From IMG/VR virus record IMGVR_UViG_3300020416_000002: a stretch of DNA of 64,000 bases; one strand, given 5' to 3'. Source of the stretch: a virus. Of the stretch, positions 55,939-64,000 are shown piece by piece. Position 1 is the first letter of the stretch; each line of letters begins with the position of its first letter. The position numbers and the translations under genes are program-made. A model generated the notes under the pieces. That model was not told the DNA's origin. It saw only the letters and a list, made by a program, of their open reading frames with translations, and did not search any database.

Positions 55939-57104
55939 TATATTTTTAGAAAAGGTCCGTTCTTAGAAGAAAATTCTTTCTTAGCACCATAGTATAAACA
56001 TCTACACCACTCTACCATTTTACCTTGTTCAGCAATTTTTGTCCAGATATGTGCCCACTCCATAGCGATTAACTTAGATGAGAATCTACCTGCGGAACTC
56101 CTATCCATTTTGTTAGTTTCATAGTCAATTGCAAAATCTAACACTTGATCAAACCCTCTTTGGATCAATACACCGTCCTGATATACTGCAACATCACCAA
56201 AATCTATACCCTTTCCTTGTAATTTTTGATATAAATTTATCCAATATTGTTTATGAGAATCACTCCACTGTCCTACTGGGGGGATGTGTGGATGTTTAGA
56301 TGCAGAAGATGGTCTAGTCATATTCATCCCTTGTAAGAATCCATCTAAAGCTTGACTAGAAACTTTTCCTAGTTTAGCACCAGCATCTGCACCTTTAGGA
56401 GTCAAATCTGTTTGTACAAGGTTCCTTTCTTTAGAGTATTGAAAGTTTCTAGACTGTCCATGGATCTTTCCACCTCTCTCAGTCTTCATATCAAACCCAA
56501 GTTCACCAGTATCAAAGAGATAATTATTCTTTCTACCTAAAGTTAGAGTGCATTTTATAGAACCAGGCACAAGATCTAGGTTAATTTTTGTCTTCTTGTC
56601 TCCCATGTTCGCTGTCTCAGCGTTGGCACTCTTTTTTGTTTTCTTGATTGCTTTAAGAGACACTCCAATTAAAACTTTGTCTTGCAGAGTTTCTCTCATG
56701 TACGCATTAAGTAATTCTAGTTTAGCATCCTTACTCATGCCATCAATATTTGTAAGTTCTTTGATAGTTCCAGAGACAACTCTTTCCATACTTCTCTTAA
56801 CCATCACAATATCCATAGGATTCCACCTATCTTTAACACCTACACCGCATTGTTTTGCTGCAATTTGTTCAATGTAGGGCATGATACCGTTATCTCTAGA
56901 ATACATATACCCTTTCTGTCCCTTCAAAAATTGTTTAAGAGCAACAGTTTGTTTTCTATATGTGTCCTTCCACTCAATATTATACCCGCCATAAATTCTT
57001 TTCATTTCGGCGTCAGTGGGTTCTTTATTTCTTTCAATAGAGGTTTCAAACCAATATCTAGACCCATTTTCTTGTTGTGCGGTCTCAATAGCGTTCGTTG
57101 CCAT
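55935..57104 (-). CDS. Hypothetical late protein, possible PD-(D/E)xK nuclease fold
   Basis: E near N-terminus, WNPMDI, IGVSLK; late CTAAATA at 57132-57138. Confidence 0.5.
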   Translation of the reverse strand: MATNAIETAQQENGSRYWFETSIERNKEPTDAEMKRIYGGYNIEWKDTYRKQTVALKQFLKGQKGYMYSRDNGIMPYIEQIAAKQCGVGVKDRWNPMDIVMVKRSMERVVSGTIKELTNIDGMSKDAKLELLNAYMRETLQDKVLIGVSLKAIKKTKKSANAETANMGDKKTKINLDLVPGSIKCTLTLGRKNNYLFDTGELGFDMKTERGGKIHGQSRNFQYSKERNLVQTDLTPKGADAGAKLGKVSSQALDGFLQGMNMTRPSSASKHPHIPPVGQWSDSHKQYWINLYQKLQGKGIDFGDVAVYQDGVLIQRGFDQVLDFAIDYETNKMDRSSAGRFSSKLIAMEWAHIWTKIAEQGKMVEWCRCLYYGAKKEFSSKNGPFLKIY

Positions 57105-57106
57105 AC

Positions 57107-57132
57107 AAAAAAAGAGGGATGTTCTCCCTCTT
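57107..57132 (-). terminator. Intrinsic terminator after mazG
   Basis: AAGAGGGA-GAACA-TCCCTCTT plus T run. Confidence 0.7.
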
Positions 57133-57139
57133 ATTTAGA

Positions 57140-57811
57140 TTACAGATCGTCAATTCTTCGATTCTCGGAAAAATAAGAATCAAATGACCCGTTAGGATAT
57201 CTAGCAGACAGTTTGGAAATGTTCTGAGCAATGACATCATCAAGAGATACATCAAGAGCGATACATGCTTGTGCAACATACCAAAGAATATCACCAAGTT
57301 CAACACGGAGATGGTTGATATTGGCAGCATCAAATGATTTACCTTGGAATGAAATCTTTTTGACAATCTCAAGAAACTCTCCTGACTCTGCAGATAATCC
57401 TACAGCAGCAGTAAGAAGACGCTCGATCTTACAACCATCTGCTTGTAATTGTGCCATGCGAGCAATAAAAGATCCACCTTTTTTAGAAGGATCACTAGTA
57501 ACTGCATCAACAAATGACAAGTACTCAGTCCACTTAGGGTTATCAACTCTTTGTGTACCTATCGTGACTGTATCTGGGGTGATCTGTACTGCTGGAGGTT
57601 TGGGGGGTGTGGGGGCAGGATTATTGTTAGCCACGCTACCAAGTTGAGCACCAGTAGGATCCTGAGGATCATCCCTCCATCCCTCAGTCCCTGCGTCGCC
57701 TGGTTCTGCTTCCCAGAATTCCTTGTTGCGACGAGGTTTTGGTTTAAGTTGTGTTTGTGGTTTTTGCGGATCTGGTGTTGCATCGGCAATTGCACTTGAA
57801 AATGTTGGCAT
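57140..57811 (-). CDS. mazG: MazG nucleotide pyrophosphohydrolase with Pro-rich N-terminal extension
   Basis: GL.AE.GE..E.VKK..FQG, ELGD..WY, N..KL..RYP. Confidence 0.9.
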   Translation of the reverse strand: MPTFSSAIADATPDPQKPQTQLKPKPRRNKEFWEAEPGDAGTEGWRDDPQDPTGAQLGSVANNNPAPTPPKPPAVQITPDTVTIGTQRVDNPKWTEYLSFVDAVTSDPSKKGGSFIARMAQLQADGCKIERLLTAAVGLSAESGEFLEIVKKISFQGKSFDAANINHLRVELGDILWYVAQACIALDVSLDDVIAQNISKLSARYPNGSFDSYFSENRRIDDL

Positions 57812-57815
57812 GATT

Positions 57816-58664
57816 CTAAATTGACTTTGTATTTTCTGGATGAAAGTTCAGCACTTTATTTAGATGTAAAAACTCCCACGAATAGCATACGGTCTCTAGG
57901 TTTTTATCCTCAAAGTCTAGATCAGATAATTTTAGATCTAAAAATCCAGCGAGTGTAACTCTCTGAGTATTAGTAAACCATTCAAGTTCTATGTATGGGT
58001 TGTGAAAGAAGTGTGCTGGATAAGCTGCATAACTATTATAACACATAGTATGAATAGATTCAAGTTTCCACGGACCGTAATCTTTTATTTGAAACCATGA
58101 ACTATCTGGAGTACACTGTTCTCTTATCTCTTGTATAAATGTTTGTTCTGTAGATTGATCATTCCAACTAAAATCTAATCTGGTTTTCTTACCATTAAAA
58201 GACCAGAATCCAGTTTTTACATTGGGAGACTTAGTTAAATTAATATTGTATGCAATCATACAGGTGTCATCATAATCGTCTGACATGGTATCTGTATGTG
58301 GAAATGCAGATTCCGCATGTACAAGTTTCATATCTGATGAGAAACAATTGCCATTAGTGGATCTAATATTAATTGATTTTAATCCCAACAAAGATGCGAT
58401 TGGTTTAGCAAGAGGTAGTCCAAAGAAGTCACCTATCTCTGGATGAACATAGTATGACATGCCTGGTCTAATAATATTTTCCATATCATTACACCCATTA
58501 GTCCACCAGTGACCCTCATCTAAAAATTGACGAACTAAATCAGGATATTTAAAGTAGTCTTGAGCAACAAGAACAGGTATATCTCCATTCAAATACTGAT
58601 ACTCAAACTTTAAATTGTTTAGTTCAGATATTTTTTGCCATCTTTCGTTGGTAGATTGTATCAT
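57816..58664 (-). CDS. 2OG-Fe(II) oxygenase (DUF6445-like)
   Basis: YPD.V, PHTD, YN....Y....FH.PY, R. Confidence 0.7.
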   Translation of the reverse strand: MIQSTNERWQKISELNNLKFEYQYLNGDIPVLVAQDYFKYPDLVRQFLDEGHWWTNGCNDMENIIRPGMSYYVHPEIGDFFGLPLAKPIASLLGLKSINIRSTNGNCFSSDMKLVHAESAFPHTDTMSDDYDDTCMIAYNINLTKSPNVKTGFWSFNGKKTRLDFSWNDQSTEQTFIQEIREQCTPDSSWFQIKDYGPWKLESIHTMCYNSYAAYPAHFFHNPYIELEWFTNTQRVTLAGFLDLKLSDLDFEDKNLETVCYSWEFLHLNKVLNFHPENTKSI

Positions 58665-60046
58665 GCGAAATTAATCTTTGCAAATTTGTTTTTCATATCT
58701 TGGAATTTTTGTTTAGGATCACTATCCTCAAACTGTCCACTATCAATCAATTCACCACCATCATCCTGATTACAATCGTACAATCTCATCTTTGCTCTGT
58801 CAATACCTACAACAAATCTCTTATTAATGGTGGGATCATTGTATCTATTCTTCAATTGCTTGACCATAATTTGATTCATACCTTCCAATTCTTCTGTACT
58901 AATAAGTGCAAACATCAAATCAGCAGTAGCAGGTAGACCAAAAGACTCACTAGTATCGGTAATGTCTACATCACTATTACCATAACCACTACGAGTAGTC
59001 TGTGTAGCAGACACTATGGGTAAATCAAATTCTACTGCTAGTCCACGGAGTTCTTCTGCAATACTCTTAACTAAAGTGTAAGAGTTAGCATTAGATCCTG
59101 CACGAATACGAGATGATGCACATATATTAAGATAATCTACGAATATAATGTCTGGTTTAAATGATTTTTTCAATGTTAATTCGTTAAGCAACGCTCTAAA
59201 GTGACCAGAATGTGCAGATGCAGTAGGATATTCTTTAATAATTAAAGTGCCCTGTGTTTTCTTTGCCAAATTGGTTACCTTATTTTCAAATAAAACACGA
59301 GGTAACTCAGAAATATCTTTGATATTTACATCTAATAAGTTAGCATCAATTCTCTCAGCAATTCTTTCCTCTGCCATCTCTAGAGTGATATATAAAACAT
59401 TTTTACCTTGCAACAAAGTTGCTGCTGCCATATGACACATGAATAAAGATTTACCAACACCAGTTCCAGCAAGAGCAACATTAAGAGTCTTGCTAGGTAT
59501 GCCACCTTTGGTAATACGATTAAAGAAATCTAGATCAAATGGTATTTTTTCTTCTGTTTTATGATATGATTCCCATCTTTGTTCAAAATCTTCTAAGTAA
59601 TCGTGCCCAACATGCCTATCAAAAGATACTCCTAGTGCTTCAGATAAAATATGTGGGATAGCATCTCTACCTTTCTTCTCATCTTTGCCGTCAGCAATCT
59701 GAATAGACTCCATCAATGCAAGATAGATTGCACGATTGCGACACCACTTTTCTGTAGCATCGGACAACCAATCATTATTAACTTCCTTCGGTTCTAGCGT
59801 AGGAATAATATCATTGATATCTTTAAACTGTGATTCTGTTAAGTCATCTCTATCTTGAATCTCAAGATCAAGAATATCTAATGTAATTCTCTTATTATAT
59901 TCTGCAATAAAATCAATGATTACTTTGCAAATTATTTGTTCAGAACTATCATCAAAATAATCTAGATTAATAAAGGGAATAACTTTTCTAGCATACTCAT
60001 CATTATGAATAAGGTTAGATAGAATAGTCCTTTCAAGTTTTTCCAT
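58661..60046 (-). CDS. 41: Replicative DNA helicase (T4 gp41)
   Basis: AGTGVGKS, LEMAEE, IKEYPT, DYLNIC, SATQ.TR, KNRY. Confidence 0.97.
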   Translation of the reverse strand: MEKLERTILSNLIHNDEYARKVIPFINLDYFDDSSEQIICKVIIDFIAEYNKRITLDILDLEIQDRDDLTESQFKDINDIIPTLEPKEVNNDWLSDATEKWCRNRAIYLALMESIQIADGKDEKKGRDAIPHILSEALGVSFDRHVGHDYLEDFEQRWESYHKTEEKIPFDLDFFNRITKGGIPSKTLNVALAGTGVGKSLFMCHMAAATLLQGKNVLYITLEMAEERIAERIDANLLDVNIKDISELPRVLFENKVTNLAKKTQGTLIIKEYPTASAHSGHFRALLNELTLKKSFKPDIIFVDYLNICASSRIRAGSNANSYTLVKSIAEELRGLAVEFDLPIVSATQTTRSGYGNSDVDITDTSESFGLPATADLMFALISTEELEGMNQIMVKQLKNRYNDPTINKRFVVGIDRAKMRLYDCNQDDGGELIDSGQFEDSDPKQKFQDMKNKFAKINFA

Positions 60047-60704
60047 AGTTGCAAACGAAAGATATGCTCAACCTCTTTTTACTATCAGTAAAAGGGGTAA
60101 CTGCATGAATAATATAGGATGGAAATAGTATTAGTAAACCAGATACAGGGTATGTATAGTATGTGTCAAAGGTATAAGGACTAGGTTTTGAAGGATCCTT
60201 AATTAGGTTACTCTTTAATCCGTATGATGGATCATAGAATACCAAACTTCCACCTTCTTTACCATCCCATGTGCCTGGTTTAAGACATGCCCGACTATCA
60301 TAGTTGAAATAACTATGACCATTGTCTTCAATTTTTTCTACTGGATAGTATACACCAGTTAAAGCACCATTGCCATGAGCATGTGCTAAGTTTGAATTAC
60401 CAGACTCATTTACATTTGCCCATAGTCTTCTACAAATAAGACCATCAGCAAACCCATGTAGTCGGCAATATATATTTGCTTGTTCTTCAATTATACCACG
60501 AAGATCTTCAAAACTAGAATAAAATGATTCTAGTTTTGCTTTACTATGCCATCCTCCCATGTTACTACGAGTTTGACCAACAGGATCACGAAGATTTTCT
60601 TCAAGAATATCCTTGGTTAATTGCGTATTTAAGTTGTGTTTAGTATCTCCTACATTATATAAGGAGATAGGTATAGGAAATAGAGGAAGACTACGCTGAT
60701 CCAT
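60033..60704 (-). CDS. 2OG-Fe(II) oxygenase (TIGR02466-like)
   Basis: SN.GGWHS, WAN.N, HAH, GVYY, FPS...H.V, R.SISF. Confidence 0.82.
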   Translation of the reverse strand: MDQRSLPLFPIPISLYNVGDTKHNLNTQLTKDILEENLRDPVGQTRSNMGGWHSKAKLESFYSSFEDLRGIIEEQANIYCRLHGFADGLICRRLWANVNESGNSNLAHAHGNGALTGVYYPVEKIEDNGHSYFNYDSRACLKPGTWDGKEGGSLVFYDPSYGLKSNLIKDPSKPSPYTFDTYYTYPVSGLLILFPSYIIHAVTPFTDSKKRLSISFVCNYGKT

Positions 60705-61698
60705 ATCTGAATTCTTTCTGTGCAGTCTCGTCTAAAGCTTGCAACACTTCAGTAGTAAAATACTTCTCAGGGTTCTTATAAATTTCTTTTGCGTATACCT
60801 TTTTGCCACCAATCTCGTAGCGACCAGCAACATTTTTCCAAAGACCACCGATCTCTCCTAGATCAAGAAGACCATAATACTTATCAAGTCCTCTCTCATC
60901 ATAATAGAGTCTGATAGTAGCATCTTTATTCTCCTTACTTAGACGCGACTTAGTAGTCTTTGCCGTGATAAGGTTTCCAACGACATCGGTGCCGTCTTTC
61001 TCTTTCTTTTTCGAGAGGTATATGATCGAGGATGCAGCATACTTGAGTCCGCTGCCACCTCCCATATCTTTTGTAGGGACATAACTGCCGATGACATTAT
61101 AGACATGATTGGTTACTATCATAGGGATGTTAGCCTGTCCAAGCTTTAATGTCAACATCCTAAACGCACCTTTGACCAATTGTGATTTTGTCATATCACG
61201 GACTTGTTTGTCATTCAGTGCGTCAGTAATCTCCTTTTCAGTGGACAGCATTCCAAGAGAGTCTAGCACAAACATACAAGGTTTGCGATCTTCTGTCTTG
61301 GCCTTAAGATATATATCTACTGCTTTAAGTGCAGTCGTTCTAAACTGCTCAATTGTTACAACATTAATTACAACAACTCGTTCAGTATCAATGTCTCTGT
61401 CATCTAAGAGAGACTTAGTAATTGCACTTTCCGTATCAAAATAGAGACAGTAAGCATCGGGATCAGAATCAAGAAAACTCTTAACCACGGCGAGAGAGAA
61501 GAAAGTTTTTCCAGTGCTAGTTTCGCCAGCAATAGCAGTAATCTTGTTCCCAGATACACCACCAAATATACTACCTGATACAAGTCCGTTAAAAAGGTAC
61601 GAACCTGTGTCCACATATGTTTCAGAGTCGTCAATATCTGATGCGAGTTTGGTGTATTCACCACCAACCTCCTTGACAATTTCTTTTAATAAATCCAT
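60691..61698 (-). CDS. uvsX: RecA-like recombinase
   Basis: AGETSTGKT, DTE, DSLG.L, NH.Y, GGG.G..Y.AS. Confidence 0.96.
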   Translation of the reverse strand: MDLLKEIVKEVGGEYTKLASDIDDSETYVDTGSYLFNGLVSGSIFGGVSGNKITAIAGETSTGKTFFSLAVVKSFLDSDPDAYCLYFDTESAITKSLLDDRDIDTERVVVINVVTIEQFRTTALKAVDIYLKAKTEDRKPCMFVLDSLGMLSTEKEITDALNDKQVRDMTKSQLVKGAFRMLTLKLGQANIPMIVTNHVYNVIGSYVPTKDMGGGSGLKYAASSIIYLSKKKEKDGTDVVGNLITAKTTKSRLSKENKDATIRLYYDERGLDKYYGLLDLGEIGGLWKNVAGRYEIGGKKVYAKEIYKNPEKYFTTEVLQALDETAQKEFRYGSA

Positions 61699-61700
61699 AA

Positions 61701-61997
61701 TTAATCATGTCTTGTTTTACGGGAGTGCCCATGAGCAATACCCAATTCATGCATTTTAGCATGCTCTGCAATCTCGTCTTTGAGATCTTTGCCACCTGCA
61801 CCAAAGGTCATGTAGAGACCATATACTATAAGTGCTAACACAAACAAACCCATAAAAACTGCAAAAGCAGCACCACCTTGCAAATGAGCATGTGGAATTA
61901 CATATGCCTTACAGGTTTCTGGATCAAATTTCTGCCATGTGCCAGGCAAATGATAGACTGGTGGGCAGGATGCTAGTAAAAAATTAACCATAATCAA
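61701..61997 (-). CDS. PsbN-like membrane protein with N-terminal extension
   Basis: TM then YGLYMTFGAGGKDLKD...EH resembles PsbN Y..Y.AFG..SK.L.DP..EH. Confidence 0.55.
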   Translation of the reverse strand: MIMVNFLLASCPPVYHLPGTWQKFDPETCKAYVIPHAHLQGGAAFAVFMGLFVLALIVYGLYMTFGAGGKDLKDEIAEHAKMHELGIAHGHSRKTRHD

Positions 61998-62046
61998 TTA
62001 TCGTTGCCTCCATTCTACCACATCTTTGGTGTATTGCAAGTTCATG

Positions 62047-62739
62047 TTATTCTAGTTCTGGTTTAATATTTATCTGTACTGTTTTAGATTCCTCTTCCTC
62101 CTCCTGTGTTTGATATGCCCACTCATCTGTATGTCCTACAGACCACCACTTAGGTAGTGTCTCTACAGCATAGTTCTGTGTACAAACTTTAAAGTCAGGA
62201 GTTTTTAGATTGTCATTATCCACTAAACTATTGTCAAAGAACTGACATCTATTGTTTGGTTGTGCAGCAAACTGTCCATTGTCTAATGCGATAATATTAA
62301 ATGTCTTATGCTCTGGATCATGCTCTGAGAAATTTACATCTAGCACAGAGAAGTCAGGATGTGCAGTGTCAATAGTAAACTCATACTCGCCAGGATGCAT
62401 TTTTTTATCCTTGCCAAAGAAAGAACATCTGCCCAATATAGGTTTCTCTACAACTGTAATATTATAATCAAAACAATCCCATAGTTCCAATACATCTAAT
62501 GGCAATTGATTATCCCAATCGATATCAGGTTTCCATACAAATGCACTGAGAGGTAGTTTGTCAAACAATGCACCGTAATCAGTTAGCAATGTTTCAAAAT
62601 ACAATGCCTTTGCTTGTATACTCCTTACAGAAATCCATATGCCAGGTGTAAGTTCTCCATGACCTTTTTCTAGATCATAAAGATATTCTTTCTTAACCCA
62701 TACTTTTCTGGGAGGTAAAGGGTGAACTAAGTATGCCAT
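62047..62739 (-). CDS. Conserved marine phage hypothetical protein
   Basis: EYLYD...GHGE, GA..DKLP.SAF, EHK, NGQFAAQPNNR. Confidence 0.75.
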   Translation of the reverse strand: MAYLVHPLPPRKVWVKKEYLYDLEKGHGELTPGIWISVRSIQAKALYFETLLTDYGALFDKLPLSAFVWKPDIDWDNQLPLDVLELWDCFDYNITVVEKPILGRCSFFGKDKKMHPGEYEFTIDTAHPDFSVLDVNFSEHDPEHKTFNIIALDNGQFAAQPNNRCQFFDNSLVDNDNLKTPDFKVCTQNYAVETLPKWWSVGHTDEWAYQTQEEEEESKTVQINIKPELE

Positions 62740-62742
62740 AGA

Positions 62743-64000
62743 TTATTGAAAAAATGATTCGAGTGTTGCAACTTTTTCTGCTTTCCACCCAATACTATCT
62801 AGGATGGTGCGAAGAGGTTCTAAAAATGCTTTATCAAACTGTAGATCATAGTCAACGAACTTATTAATATTAAGTTCTTTGGGGAAATCTTGAATGAATG
62901 AGATAACATTCTCATGAAGATTGTTTGGTTTCTTCAAGTAGCAAAACTTGATCTTCTCTCCATTACCAATCAAAGAATATTTGTTGTCTAGTTTATTTTC
63001 TTTGATGTGATGATTGAATAGTAGAGCACCGCGAACATGAATAGGAGTTCCTTTAGTATAGATGTTTGAATATGATTTGTATTTTTGAACATCACTTACT
63101 GATCGTGGGAAAGATATTTCTTCTGGAGGAAGTTGTTTAAATTTCTTACGACTAGAATCGATAAAATCAATAACCTCATCTTCTGTGCCATTCATCATAA
63201 GTTTCAAGGCATCCTTGATCATAGTGCGACAAGGTGCAGGAGTTGATGACTTGACTGCTTCAATACCCATCATCTTAAGTTTAGGTTCTTCATAGCGAAC
63301 ACCTTCACTATCCCACACATTCAGGATGTATCTTTTCTTTGCTGTCCAGATACCACGATCAGCAATGTTCTCTCGTTTCATGAACATCTTCTGATCATAT
63401 GCAGACACATAGTCTGCTAGTTCTTTGTAGCATTTGTTGATGAACGGTTCCAGTTTCTCATCACAGATTTTATCAAGAAACGAGACAATTTTTTCATTAG
63501 ATTTTTCTTTATCTCCGAAGATAAGATCCACCAAAGGACCAAGATTAAGATAAATGGAATCAGTATCACTGGCGATGACATAATCAACCTCTTGTGTTTT
63601 GAGAATTTTGTTTAAGTAACTATTCATTTTATTTTCGATCCATCTAATAGATACTTGCCCTGAGAGTGTAATTGCCTCAGCGTTGGCGAGTTTATAGTAC
63701 CTAAAGTACTGATTACCGATAGCACCATAAGCAGAATTAAGAGATATCTTTTTCGCCATCTGAATATTGTTACAACGGGCGATCTCTTTACTGAGTTTTT
63801 CTGAGGGTTTCTTTTCATAGTCCTGTTTAGCAGAAAGCATTCTTTTCTTGAAGATCACACGCTCGTTGTACATCTTCTCCATGAGTTCAGGGAGAAAACC
63901 ACGAACATCTTTTCTATACTGTGCTCCATTAGCACACACTGCAAATTCTCCATCAATAGCAATCTCTTGCTTTAGAATCCTTTCAACGCTCGCACTGGGA
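62743..64000 (-). CDS. 43: Family B DNA polymerase (T4 gp43), 3' part
   Basis: K...NS.YG, SDTDS, KKRY, SSTP; frame continues past window end. Confidence 0.97.
   Translation of the reverse strand, partial: PSASVERILKQEIAIDGEFAVCANGAQYRKDVRGFLPELMEKMYNERVIFKKRMLSAKQDYEKKPSEKLSKEIARCNNIQMAKKISLNSAYGAIGNQYFRYYKLANAEAITLSGQVSIRWIENKMNSYLNKILKTQEVDYVIASDTDSIYLNLGPLVDLIFGDKEKSNEKIVSFLDKICDEKLEPFINKCYKELADYVSAYDQKMFMKRENIADRGIWTAKKRYILNVWDSEGVRYEEPKLKMMGIEAVKSSTPAPCRTMIKDALKLMMNGTEDEVIDFIDSSRKKFKQLPPEEISFPRSVSDVQKYKSYSNIYTKGTPIHVRGALLFNHHIKENKLDNKYSLIGNGEKIKFCYLKKPNNLHENVISFIQDFPKELNINKFVDYDLQFDKAFLEPLRTILDSIGWKAEKVATLESFFQ

Noticed and set aside
61999-62046. 15-codon ORF MNLQYTKDVVEWRQR
   Set aside because: Better explained as promoter (TTGCAA-N16-TAGAAT) and SD of the downstream gene.
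431-63818. Numerous short plus-strand and out-of-frame ORFs in the ORF track
   Set aside because: They lie antisense to or inside well-supported minus-strand genes and show no recognisable motifs; only 7194-7973 is accepted on the plus strand.
1-64000. tRNA, rRNA, integrase or IS elements, wcaG RNA
   Set aside because: None recognised by eye; tRNAscan and Infernal were not run.

Overview
A 64-kb segment of a large, AT-rich T4-like cyanomyovirus (Kyanoviridae-type). Gene content resembles Prochlorococcus myoviruses such as P-SSM2: psbA with no adjacent psbD, a five-gene hli array, talC and a large LPS-type glycosylation island. Almost every gene is on the minus strand. In transcription order (high to low coordinates) the window carries: replication core (gp43 3' part, uvsX, gp41, mazG, gp61, nrdA/nrdB); a late cluster of probable internal head proteins; GIY-YIG endonuclease, talC, a nitrilase-family hydrolase and an NblA-like gene; a gmd / C-methyltransferase / fcl / GT11 / GT6 / GT4 / GT25 island; a manA-like RNA and small outer-membrane barrel; hli array, small membrane ORFs, a PhotoRC-like RNA and psbA; tail-fibre-type genes surrounding a GT9-like / carbamoyltransferase / ADP-heptose cassette; and a glutamine-riboswitch/DUF4278 unit. 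About 14 2OG-Fe(II) oxygenases are scattered throughout. Most notable unannotated signals: (1) a tandem glutamine riboswitch whose second aptamer carries a whole 60-codon ORF in its P2 loop, with a perfect RpaB/HLR1 box upstream of the promoter; (2) a dnaX-like -1 frameshift cassette joining two late ORFs; (3) the heptose/carbamoyl cassette embedded among tail-fibre genes; (4) a C-methyltransferase between gmd and fcl. All calls come from reading the sequence; no searches were run.
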